Shown: positions 1-7,384 of the stretch, one piece after another
Position numbering within the stretch: position 1 is the first letter of the stretch
Layout of the letters: the number at the start of each line of letters is the position of its first letter
Source: a virus
IMG/VR virus record: IMGVR_UViG_3300022927_000008
Location: 45,774 to 109,773 of that record
DNA: 64,000 nt
Reading direction: 5' to 3' (one strand)
The notes under the pieces: generated by a model
What the model was told of the DNA's origin: nothing
Databases searched by the model: none
What the model saw: the letters and a program-made list of their open reading frames with translations, nothing else
Program-made: the position numbers and the translations under genes

Positions 1-11
1 AAACTTAAGTT

Positions 12-563
12 TTACAGTGTTACCTTTTTTTTCAGACATTCAATTGTTTCTTTTGCGGATGTGTGTAATATACCAATTCCTCCTTTAGATTCCCACTGCT
101 CAATGTTATCTTTTCGATCATCAATCAAAATGTGAGAAGGAGCAGCATACTTTTGCTTGTTATGGGAATAAGCCAAATTCAACTTAACTCCTAACTTGTG
201 GTTTCTAACCCACAACCGCTTACCTAACCGTGAGTGTTCTGCTCTTGAAGGGGAGGAAAGCAACTCAACGTAGAAGTTTTCAGTAATAAATTTAAATAGT
301 TCCTTACCATCTTCCATCCAATCCATTCCTACCCAAAAACCTACTCCTCTACCATCAATAAGTTCCCAAAACTCATCTTTACCGTTTTTTTCAGTAAACT
401 TTTTGGGACCCCAAGGGTGAATTTCGCTAAACTGCTTATCAAAGTCAGTAAGCACTCCATCCATATCACAATAGATCTTGGGCCGAAACTCTTTCGATAC
501 CGTAAGTGCTTCCTCTTCGGATAGCTCCAAACTGTTCATTGTTGTAAATTGGTTTTGCTTCAT
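12..563 (-). CDS. HAD-family 5'(3')-deoxyribonucleotidase (NT5C-like); start uncertain
   Basis: IYCDMDGVLTDF (HAD motif I) and LIDDR motif IV, typical of T4-like phages; N-terminus overlaps the upstream ORF. Confidence 0.85.
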   Translation of the reverse strand: MKQNQFTTMNSLELSEEEALTVSKEFRPKIYCDMDGVLTDFDKQFSEIHPWGPKKFTEKNGKDEFWELIDGRGVGFWVGMDWMEDGKELFKFITENFYVELLSSPSRAEHSRLGKRLWVRNHKLGVKLNLAYSHNKQKYAAPSHILIDDRKDNIEQWESKGGIGILHTSAKETIECLKKKVTL

Positions 564-708
564 TTATATCTTCACTAAAATATGGATACCCTCTCCTCAA
601 TCCGGCAAACACCCTTGCATACTCATCTATTACATAAAATGGGCGTTTGCGTTCTTCTGCTATTTTAAGGTCGATCTCGTTCTCCTGGCGCCTCAGGTCG
701 ATGTACAT
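466..708 (-). CDS. hypothetical protein
   Basis: Co-directional 80-aa ORF in a packed operon. Confidence 0.5.
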   Translation of the reverse strand: MYIDLRRQENEIDLKIAEERKRPFYVIDEYARVFAGLRRGYPYFSEDINEAKPIYNNEQFGAIRRGSTYGIERVSAQDLL

Positions 709-865
709 AATTCTGGGATTTACGTTGGATTTCTTCTGCTATAAACCTTATATGCTGGAGGTGGGTAAATACTTCCTCAGTAACTTCAGAGAAGTGTTTG
801 CGGTCAATTTCATTGAGTTGGTTAAGGATGTATTGTGCTTCCTTATAGATCTTATTCCTCTCCAT
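665..865 (-). CDS. hypothetical protein
   Basis: Co-directional 66-aa ORF. Confidence 0.5.
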   Translation of the reverse strand: MERNKIYKEAQYILNQLNEIDRKHFSEVTEEVFTHLQHIRFIAEEIQRKSQNYVHRPEAPGERDRP

Positions 866-1082
866 CGAGCATCAGATTATTGTTTTCTAAAAAATACCAG
901 AAACGTTCGAGCCATAGGGCAATTCGTACGTCATCAATGGTGTCGTCAAATTTAGCACCTTCAGCACGGGCATCTGCTACTTTCATGATACCGAAGTCAG
1001 CTAGATCACGTGCTTTGTCTTCATCACCACGTGCTAGTGCTTCACGTGCGTTTGCGTAACAATCAGAGACTGTCATTTTCAT
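852..1082 (-). CDS. hypothetical helical protein (start reassigned to MKMTVS)
   Basis: The longer track start overlaps the small ORF at 1063-1197. Confidence 0.55.
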   Translation of the reverse strand: MKMTVSDCYANAREALARGDEDKARDLADFGIMKVADARAEGAKFDDTIDDVRIALWLERFWYFLENNNLMLDGEE

Positions 1083-1197
1083 TTTTATGTTTTGTTTTAC
1101 GGGTATATTTACTTTTGTCAGTATGTACCTTATTAGAGGGTTGGCGGAAATATTTACCCTCAGGTACACTAGCGTTTATGTTTTTCCGCTTTTTCAT
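1063..1197 (-). CDS. 44-aa basic protein with an ArfA-like motif (not in ORF track)
   Basis: Hand translation MKKRKNINASVPEGKYFRQPSNKVHTDKSKYTRKTKHKNENDSL, directly behind the promoter at about 1203-1235. Confidence 0.6.
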   Translation of the reverse strand: MKKRKNINASVPEGKYFRQPSNKVHTDKSKYTRKTKHKNENDSL

Positions 1198-1202
1198 GCA
1201 CC

Positions 1203-1257
1203 ATAAAGATACGAAAGTTCCCGGCAAAAACCACATTTTCATATGACGGGATTATGA
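1203..1257 (-). promoter_or_regulatory. promoter TGTGG-N17-CGTATCTTTA with upstream (G)TCAT boxes
   Basis: Same spacing as the other promoter copies; see findings. Confidence 0.6.
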
Positions 1258-2391
1258 AAATTGATGATTAAAAACAAGATTTCGATTTCCTCCCCATTCA
1301 TGCCACCAATGAAGGTATCCTATTGTGGAACATAATTTATCTTTTAATTTATCTACCCCACAGCAAATAGTTACTTTTTTATTATTTTTTAAGTAAAATT
1401 CTATATTTTGTTTGGTGTATTCAAGATCTTCTTGTGTATTTACTTTAAAAAAAGCATAATCTGCATCTTCCCTAAACTTGAAATACTCTATACCATAATC
1501 AAAAAACAGCTCCCTAATTCTATTTCTAGAACGGGGATTTAATTGAGAATTGTGGATATCAAATTTAAAATTTTGGGGATAATTATAATGATCAGATAAT
1601 AACATACCCACCCACACATCATAACATTCATCATAGTAATGTTCAATAGAATCTAATTCTTCTAAGTTTATTTTAGAATTACGTTTTTCTATAAACCTAC
1701 TATTTTCTTCAACCATAATTTGTAGTTCTTCACTAGGTCTTACTTTATGGGATACTGATGTGTTAGATTCTTGGGAGTAAGTATGTAATACTCTAGGGAG
1801 GAATAAGAGTTTTCCTTTAGTTTCCGTAATATACCCCTTAACAAGATCTTCTGCAAAACTATGTTTAAATTCTCCTTCTTTAGCAAATTCTTCTGTGGAA
1901 CGGGTTTTTATTCTATAAGCTCTAGCATCTCCTAAACTTCTCCACATTTTTTTTCCTTCCTCTAGGTTATAGACCCCCTTATAATGGTTATCTCTATACC
2001 ACTCAATTTTCCCTTTAATATGATTCTTTTTCATTATAGAAGAACAAGATATCATTTCTACTTTGGGGAATTTATCAAAATTATACTTATAAACTTCTAA
2101 TAATTTAGGATGGGGGAAATCATCAACATCCTGTACTAGCATAATGTCTCCTGTAGAAATCTCGACAGGGGGGTTAAAGTAAAATTCTCTTTTCCATCTA
2201 GGTTTAATGTATTTTATCTGAGGGTGGAGTGAGGTGAAATCTATTAGGGTTTTTTCTATAGAGGAATCTTCACTAAAATCATCTGATATGATCCATTCCC
2301 AATTAGTGTAGGTTTGGTTTTTTATACCTTCCCAAACTTGATTTAAGTATTCTATATTATTATAGAACCCACTATATATAGTAAATTTCAT
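1252..2391 (-). CDS. GT2 family glycosyltransferase
   Basis: NQTYTNWEWIISDDFS and QDVDD (DxD) motifs. Confidence 0.85.
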   Translation of the reverse strand: MKFTIYSGFYNNIEYLNQVWEGIKNQTYTNWEWIISDDFSEDSSIEKTLIDFTSLHPQIKYIKPRWKREFYFNPPVEISTGDIMLVQDVDDFPHPKLLEVYKYNFDKFPKVEMISCSSIMKKNHIKGKIEWYRDNHYKGVYNLEEGKKMWRSLGDARAYRIKTRSTEEFAKEGEFKHSFAEDLVKGYITETKGKLLFLPRVLHTYSQESNTSVSHKVRPSEELQIMVEENSRFIEKRNSKINLEELDSIEHYYDECYDVWVGMLLSDHYNYPQNFKFDIHNSQLNPRSRNRIRELFFDYGIEYFKFREDADYAFFKVNTQEDLEYTKQNIEFYLKNNKKVTICCGVDKLKDKLCSTIGYLHWWHEWGGNRNLVFNHQFS

Positions 2392-3329
2392 TATTTTTTA
2401 ACAATACAGTTAGTTCTCCTAAATTCAATATTATTAGTAAATACTAAATCTTCTTTATAATAATAATTCCCTTCTTTATTACTATTTAAAATAAAAATAT
2501 AAGATACAGGGGTGGGTTTAAGAGGGTGTATACTTCCATCTTCATGTTCCAAACTACATGGATCTGGGAAAGTTCCCTCTTTAGGCCAAATCAAATATGA
2601 GTTTTTTTCAGAATAAAAATATATGTTTACTAAAGATTGCCCTAAAGTATATTTTCCATTAAAACTTTTATATACTCCTGAAAAGGGGATATCTTGTGTG
2701 TGTGGGAATTTTTGGTTTGAGTACTTCTCAATTGCCCATTTAAAAAAAGATTCACAGAACCAACCCTCTTTAAGGTTAGGATCATTGACTGTTCCCTCTT
2801 TATACAAATTAAGCACAGGCTCTATAGAATTTACATATGTGTTACAGGGAAGAGCAAATATATTAGTTGCAAAATTATAATCCTCCCCTTCTCCCCAAGG
2901 AAAAAATAAAGGATCTCCTTTTTCCCCTCTGTTAATAAATTTATAAAAGTTTTCTTCACTTAATTCTATATCATAGTTTAGATGATAAACATAATCATAT
3001 CCTAAACTTTGACACAACTTAATTGCTTTAAGTATTTGGTGAAGATGAGCATAGCCATAATCCCATTCTACAAATTCCGCATAAAGATTTTCTCCCCACT
3101 CTATTTTAGGATCTACAAGCTCCCAAAATACAGCATACCTATTAGGTCTAGGATTTTCTTTAATATTTAAAGTATAATCTACCTTTTGTTGTATTTCTAT
3201 AGGAATGGGGAAGTTACCCGCAAATATTACGGGTAACTTTTTATCTTGTAAAAAATCTACAAGTTTGTGAGCAATTTTTATTTTCTCACTATTGTTTATA
3301 TGGGAAGTAACTAATATACAAGGACTCAT
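2391..3329 (-). CDS. hypothetical protein, possibly glycosyltransferase-related
   Basis: 312-aa ORF coupled to the GT2 gene; HLNYD motif. Confidence 0.6.
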   Translation of the reverse strand: MSPCILVTSHINNSEKIKIAHKLVDFLQDKKLPVIFAGNFPIPIEIQQKVDYTLNIKENPRPNRYAVFWELVDPKIEWGENLYAEFVEWDYGYAHLHQILKAIKLCQSLGYDYVYHLNYDIELSEENFYKFINRGEKGDPLFFPWGEGEDYNFATNIFALPCNTYVNSIEPVLNLYKEGTVNDPNLKEGWFCESFFKWAIEKYSNQKFPHTQDIPFSGVYKSFNGKYTLGQSLVNIYFYSEKNSYLIWPKEGTFPDPCSLEHEDGSIHPLKPTPVSYIFILNSNKEGNYYYKEDLVFTNNIEFRRTNCIVKK

Positions 3330-3538
3330 GTCAATGTCATAACCTCAGAATGGTGATAGAATTTACCTCTTTTAAAATCGGCTTTTTTAATCCTACGACC
3401 TTTACCAGACTCTGCTTTTTGTACAAAGTAGTAAGGACCTTCCCTATCATCGTAGGCTACTTGGTTAATTTCAGCAGTAACAATATAATCATTACCCTTA
3501 CGTGAGTCTGGGACTCGGACTTGTTCGAACATTTTCAT
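3326..3538 (-). CDS. hypothetical protein
   Basis: ATGA overlap with the next gene. Confidence 0.6.
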   Translation of the reverse strand: MKMFEQVRVPDSRKGNDYIVTAEINQVAYDDREGPYYFVQKAESGKGRRIKKADFKRGKFYHHSEVMTLT

Positions 3539-3557
3539 TTTATAACTTATTTAGTTG

Positions 3558-3637
3558 TACCTAAGGTGGGACTCGAACCCACACGCCGAAGCACTAGTTC
3601 CTAAGACTAGCGTGTATACCAATTCCACCACTTAGGC
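3558..3637 (-). tRNA. tRNA-Leu(TAG)
   Basis: Cloverleaf; anticodon arm CTAGT-CTTAGGA-ACTAG, long variable arm, GTTCGAGT T-loop. Confidence 0.95.
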
Positions 3638-3646
3638 AAATAACCC

Positions 3647-3871
3647 TTAGTGGGTCATTTTAGCTGTAGGCTCAACAGCTGCAAGGCTATCAAGCAATTC
3701 ACCTACAGTCTCGATTGAGTCTGTATTAAAAGGCATTTCTACACCTGTAGTGTCCCACTGTAGGCTGTCAGTTGCACAGCTATCAGCCATAGGGGTTACA
3801 CAGTTTTCGTCTTCGGTTCCTCCACAAGAGGCAAGAGCAACAATTGCTCCAATAAAAAATAGTTGTTTCAT
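3647..3871 (-). CDS. small lipoprotein
   Basis: MKQLFFIGAIVALASC lipobox followed by an acidic tail. Confidence 0.7.
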   Translation of the reverse strand: MKQLFFIGAIVALASCGGTEDENCVTPMADSCATDSLQWDTTGVEMPFNTDSIETVGELLDSLAAVEPTAKMTH

Positions 3872-4092
3872 CGTTTTGTATTTTGGTTTGTTAAAATGTA
3901 CCATGGTGGTACGTCTGATTTCTTTTTTGGTAGTTTTCTAAATGTTTGTACTTCGGGGTAATTATACCCTTCATGTAGTAATCTAACTGTTTTATCTTTG
4001 GTATTAATGTTAAGAACCTCTCCTTGGACCTCCTCGCCAAATAGAAAAAAATTTATAATATCTCCTACTTTCATTACCAATCCCTTTGACAT
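3868..4092 (-). CDS. hypothetical protein (SH3/KOW-like beta fold possible)
   Basis: MKVGDII...GEV pattern; ATGA overlap with the lipoprotein gene. Confidence 0.55.
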   Translation of the reverse strand: MSKGLVMKVGDIINFFLFGEEVQGEVLNINTKDKTVRLLHEGYNYPEVQTFRKLPKKKSDVPPWYILTNQNTKR

Positions 4093-4289
4093 TGCTTACG
4101 GGGGACCCTAGCATATCTAGTACGAATTCCATTGTTGTAGGAATTACCTCTTCCACTATACCTCATATGAGAAAATTTTCCATCATTAGTAAAAACAGCA
4201 GATTGGGTTCTGCTATTATAATAATAAGGAGAACAACTTGACAATCCAAGGGCAATAAACAACCCCAATAAGTAACTTAAATGTTTCAT
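4074..4289 (-). CDS. small lipoprotein
   Basis: Hydrophobic leader ending LGLSSC; preceded by the ATATTTAT motif. Confidence 0.65.
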   Translation of the reverse strand: MKHLSYLLGLFIALGLSSCSPYYYNSRTQSAVFTNDGKFSHMRYSGRGNSYNNGIRTRYARVPRKQCQRDW

Positions 4290-4305
4290 TTGTAATAAAT
4301 ATTTG

Positions 4306-4375
4306 AGGTTAGGGGTGGAATTGCACCACCGTAATAGGATTTGCGATCCTATACCTTCTAATCGGACACCTAACC
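4306..4375 (-). tRNA. tRNA-Cys(GCA), atypical
   Basis: Acceptor GGTTAGG/CCTAACC with U73; anticodon arm TAGGA-TCGCAAA-TCCTA; non-canonical C33, T-loop TGCAATT and short D arm. Confidence 0.75.
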
Positions 4376-4380
4376 ATATT

Positions 4381-4620
4381 GCCCCAGCCAGCGCTGAGGA
4401 CTTGTCCGTCTGGTATCTCGTCGGACCACTGAGATTCTATATTCTGGGTTATAGAAAACCTAGTCTCCCATATTAGACCAAGGGTTATTATGGGGTGATG
4501 TCTGTTCCCCTCTCTGACCCCAAGTATCAGGCCAACTGGGAATCGAACCCAGAGACATCGACTACTAGAATACTGCCATATCCGTTCGCACTTTTACCCC
4601 TCTCCCCCTGGCAGGGGGGA
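4381..4620 (-). ncRNA. candidate ~240-nt structured ncRNA containing a permuted tRNA-like domain
   Basis: Terminal stem CCCC-GCCAG/CTGGC-GGGG, internal T-arm CTGGG-TTCGATT-CCCAG and further hairpins; no track ORF; lies between two tRNAs. Confidence 0.6.
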
Positions 4621-4623
4621 AAT

Positions 4624-4698
4624 TGGAGCCACTAGTCGGAATTGAACCAACGACCGATGCTTTACAAGAGCATTGCTCTACCGCTGAGCTATAGTGGC
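4624..4698 (-). tRNA. tRNA-Thr(TGT)
   Basis: Cloverleaf, ATGCT-CTTGTAA-AGCAT, encoded CCA. Confidence 0.95.
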
Positions 4699-4718
4699 TA
4701 CATTCGCCTCACACGCTG

Positions 4719-4792
4719 TGATCCCGCTGGGACTCGAACCCAGGACCCTCTCATTAAAAGTGAGATGCTCTAACCAACTGAGCTACGGGATC
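4719..4792 (-). tRNA. tRNA-Lys(TTT)
   Basis: Cloverleaf, TCTCA-CTTTTAA-TGAGA. Confidence 0.95.
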
Positions 4793-4795
4793 AAT

Positions 4796-5140
4796 AAATG
4801 AAGGAATGGGTAAAGAGTTATTCAGGCTCTTAAGCGCGACAAGCAGGCGGTTGTATTGGTAAATCATAATGGCACAAGAGGAGTGTTAAACCCGCATCCC
4901 ATTAATCATTTCACTTCATGGCTGCTAACCCCAATTGAAGTTCACAATATCGCTTAGTAGAATTTAGTTCCACTATCACACAACCACACCCTAATAGGCC
5001 CACACCGGGCTTTCACCCCCTACAGCGCTTGCTGTAAGTCGAGCTACCTATTAACATGTGTACTTTATTCCCCTAATCATAGGAACACATTCAGTCATAC
5101 CCCCCCGTGCGTGATCAGCGCGGTAGGGTTTCCTTCATTT
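4796..5140 (-). ncRNA. candidate ~345-nt highly structured ncRNA (unclassified)
   Basis: Perfect 11-bp closing stem AAATGAAGGAA/TTCCTTCATTT; several helices with G-U pairs only on the minus strand; GAAA tetraloop; fills the Ile-Lys tRNA gap. Confidence 0.7.
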
Positions 5141-5141
5141 G

Positions 5142-5215
5142 TAGGAACGGCAGGAATCGAACCTGCGACCTTCAAGATATAAGCTTGATGCTCTAACCAA
5201 TTGAGCTACGTTCCC
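5142..5215 (-). tRNA. tRNA-Ile(TAT)
   Basis: Cloverleaf, TCAAG-CTTATAT-CTTGA. Confidence 0.9.
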
Positions 5216-5289
5216 ATATTGGTGCGTCATTTTATTACGCAGTGACGTCATCAGCGAATGCTATTTATTTCAATAAGTAAAGAACCTAG

Positions 5290-5363
5290 TACTCCCTACA
5301 GGATTTGAACCTGTGACCCACAGCTTAGAAGGCTGTTGCTCTATCCAGCTGAGCTAAGGGAGC
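5290..5363 (-). tRNA. tRNA-Arg(TCT)
   Basis: Cloverleaf, ACAGC-CTTCTAA-GCTGT. Confidence 0.95.
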
Positions 5364-5371
5364 ATATTTTG

Positions 5372-5456
5372 TAGCGCTGGGGGGACTCGAACCCCCACGG
5401 ACCTACGGTCCAACAGATTTTAAGTCTGTCGTGTCTACCACTTCCACCACAGCGCC
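5372..5456 (-). tRNA. tRNA-Leu(TAA)
   Basis: Cloverleaf, ACAGA-CTTAAAA-TCTGT, long variable arm. Confidence 0.95.
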
Positions 5457-5467
5457 ATATTTTTATT

Positions 5468-5557
5468 TTATTTTTTAATGTACTTAAAGTAAGTGTAAGT
5501 ATTAAAAATAACCAATAAACTCAAAAAACTCCAACAATAAATTTGAAAATCTGTCAT
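5468..5557 (-). CDS. 29-aa single-TM peptide (paralog of 5836-5931; not in track)
   Basis: MTDFQIYCWSFLSLLVIFNTYTYFKYIKK, behind a promoter. Confidence 0.55.
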   Translation of the reverse strand: MTDFQIYCWSFLSLLVIFNTYTYFKYIKK

Positions 5558-5580
5558 TTCTCTGCCTTAACTTTACCCCA

Positions 5581-5612
5581 TGAATATACGAACGGGATCT
5601 TACAACCCCAAA
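5581..5612 (-). promoter_or_regulatory. Bacteroidota-like promoter TTTGG-N17-CGTATATTCA (likely drives the tRNA cluster)
   Basis: Recurrent motif with invariant 17-nt spacer. Confidence 0.7.
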
Positions 5613-5630
5613 TCCCTCGCGGGAAATTTT

Positions 5631-5828
5631 TTATTCTTCAAGATAAAGAATAATAATAAGGGTAATGATAACTAATCCAAACAAAAGCATATAATAATTA
5701 GCAGGCTCTGGGTCTCCGCTAATGATGATGTGCGTGTTTGCAATAAAGTTTAAAATAAAGAGTATTAATTGCAAAAGCAAAAATGCTGCCCCAAGAAAAT
5801 TCAGGATATAGAAGACAAATGCATTCAT
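5631..5828 (-). CDS. small two-TM membrane protein (start at MNAFVF)
   Basis: Two hydrophobic segments; the track start overlaps the peptide ORF. Confidence 0.6.
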   Translation of the reverse strand: MNAFVFYILNFLGAAFLLLQLILFILNFIANTHIIISGDPEPANYYMLLFGLVIITLIIILYLEE

Positions 5829-5835
5829 TTTTATT

Positions 5836-5931
5836 TTATTTTTTAATGTACTTAAAGTAATTGTAAATATTGATAGGAATACAAACCCCAAACACAACTC
5901 CATAAATAATAATCCAAACCTGATCTGTCAT
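5836..5931 (-). CDS. 31-aa single-TM peptide (not in track)
   Basis: MTDQVWIIIYGVVFGVCIPINIYNYFKYIKK. Confidence 0.55.
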   Translation of the reverse strand: MTDQVWIIIYGVVFGVCIPINIYNYFKYIKK

Positions 5932-5954
5932 TTCTCTGCCTTAACTTTACCCCA

Positions 5955-6012
5955 TGAATATACGAACCGGATTTTCGGATCCCACATTTTGGGATGACTT
6001 TAAGATGACCTT
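5955..6012 (-). promoter_or_regulatory. promoter TGTGG-N17-CGTATATTCA with tandem GTCATC boxes
   Basis: 31-bp block repeated at 6395-6425 with one mismatch. Confidence 0.7.
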
Positions 6013-6346
6013 ATTTTATTTTTCTGTAATAATAACGCTTAAGATTTAAAATCTCTGCTTTAAGATTTTCATCTACTACTTGCACTTGTTGCTTATAACT
6101 TTTAAAATCATTAATTGACTTAATATAACGAGCATATCTGTAGACATAAACTTTATGAACGTCATCAACGAAGTCTTCTCGAACTTCATACATCATATCA
6201 TTAAGTAGAGTAAACGAGAAGTATGTCTTATGATTAGGATTCCAAACTATGAACGGCTTAGCTTCATCAAATTGCTCAACGTCGTAAGCGTAATAGCTAG
6301 TACTCATTCTGTACTCATCGAACTTTGAAACGTAATTAGTACTCAT
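6011..6346 (-). CDS. hypothetical protein
   Basis: 111-aa ORF bounded by promoters. Confidence 0.65.
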   Translation of the reverse strand: MSTNYVSKFDEYRMSTSYYAYDVEQFDEAKPFIVWNPNHKTYFSFTLLNDMMYEVREDFVDDVHKVYVYRYARYIKSINDFKSYKQQVQVVDENLKAEILNLKRYYYRKIK

Positions 6347-6367
6347 GTTGCTTTTTTTTCTTCGCGT

Positions 6368-6425
6368 TAAATATACGATGAAAGATCAGCAATTCCACAT
6401 TTTAGGATGACTTTAAGATGACCTT
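6368..6425 (-). promoter_or_regulatory. promoter TGTGG-N17-CGTATATTTA with tandem GTCATC boxes
   Basis: Repeat of the 5982-6012 block. Confidence 0.7.
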
Positions 6426-6727
6426 CTTCTTCCTTTTTTAGGCTCAATACCCAACTGCCTTTCCAATTCACGCAACTCACGGTTCCGCTTGACTTTTTCC
6501 TTACCAACAGCAACCTGCTGTTTGCTAGGGACTCGGTCCTCCATCTCACCACGGAACTCCCTCATGAACTCCTCGCAGTCACGGCGGTCCATTTTTCCGC
6601 CATAACGTACTGCCTCTTTATAATGCCTAGCAACAGCTTCAGCATTTCCAGTAATCATAGCATAGGCTAGTTCAGCCATCCTACCATGGTAGTTCCGCTT
6701 ACGGCGGCGATTGTTGTGATTACGCAT
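6413..6727 (-). CDS. basic hypothetical protein
   Basis: Arg/Lys-rich termini; noticeably higher GC than neighbours. Confidence 0.65.
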   Translation of the reverse strand: MRNHNNRRRKRNYHGRMAELAYAMITGNAEAVARHYKEAVRYGGKMDRRDCEEFMREFRGEMEDRVPSKQQVAVGKEKVKRNRELRELERQLGIEPKKGRRRSS

Positions 6728-7148
6728 TTTTTAGTTCTTTAATATGTTTACACTCTCTAGTTTTCGATCTCCAAACACCTGGGCAGTTACAACTAAATGT
6801 AATTTTTCCAGTGGGTAAAGTCACCTTACGTGCCTCATAGGTAATATCAGGATTACTCTTAGAAGTAAACTCCATAACTACCATATTTGGCTCTTTTGGC
6901 TTAACCTCAGGACGTTCCCATTTAATGTCACTCAATTTGGTTTCAGGATGTACCTCTGTCCAAGTAGGCATAATGTATTTTTTACCATCCATCACTATAA
7001 GTGAAGGGGGCATCCAATCGTGTTCATGCTCATATGTCAAGCGTTGCACATTCACAAACTTGTGTCCTTTAGGTTTATACTTAAATTGTGAAGAATCTTG
7101 TACTACCTCTCGGTATTTACCGTCTTCCCAAATTTGAAAAATCGCCAT
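6720..7148 (-). CDS. SWIM zinc-finger protein
   Basis: C-terminal CxC...CKH (SCNCPG...ECKHI). Confidence 0.75.
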   Translation of the reverse strand: MAIFQIWEDGKYREVVQDSSQFKYKPKGHKFVNVQRLTYEHEHDWMPPSLIVMDGKKYIMPTWTEVHPETKLSDIKWERPEVKPKEPNMVVMEFTSKSNPDITYEARKVTLPTGKITFSCNCPGVWRSKTRECKHIKELKNA

Positions 7149-7384
7149 TGCTTAAACTTATTCCATAAATATAAGAATAAATTTTTAGGCTTCCCCGGTT
7201 TTGCTATGACGATTTTATGACTGACTTCTTTATCTTCCTTTTCTAATTGGTCTTCTAAAGTAACCATCATACACATTCCATTAAGCATCATGGGGTAATA
7301 AGCCGCTACAAAGGCTAAATCTTCATCAGACATAGCCTCCATAGCCTGCTTAGCTGTCACTATTTGGGGGTCAACGTTTACCAC
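7103..7384 (-). CDS. hypothetical protein (start approximate, probably GTG)
   Basis: 3' part of track ORF 7103..7519; its 5' part is occupied by another ORF. Confidence 0.45.
   Translation of the reverse strand: MVNVDPQIVTAKQAMEAMSDEDLAFVAAYYPMMLNGMCMMVTLEDQLEKEDKEVSHKIVIAKPGKPKNLFLYLWNKFKQWRFFKFGKTVNTER

Larger units (their letters stand above)
5459..5967. repeat. duplicated promoter + leader + peptide unit (about 5459-5593 and 5827-5967)
   Basis: Identical blocks ATTTTTATTTTATTTTTTAATGTACTTAAAGTAA and ATCTGTCATTTCTCTGCCTTAACTTTACCCCATGAATATACGAAC flank a diverged core. Confidence 0.9.

Noticed and set aside
4381-5140. tmRNA or RNase P identity for the two ncRNA candidates
   Set aside because: No G3-U70 acceptor with CCA, and no GAGGAAAGUCC / ACAnAAnnCGGCUUA pair on the transcribed strand.
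5221-5260. Hammerhead ribozyme (CTGATGA followed by a stem)
   Set aside because: The required GAAA after stem II is absent (CACCA instead).
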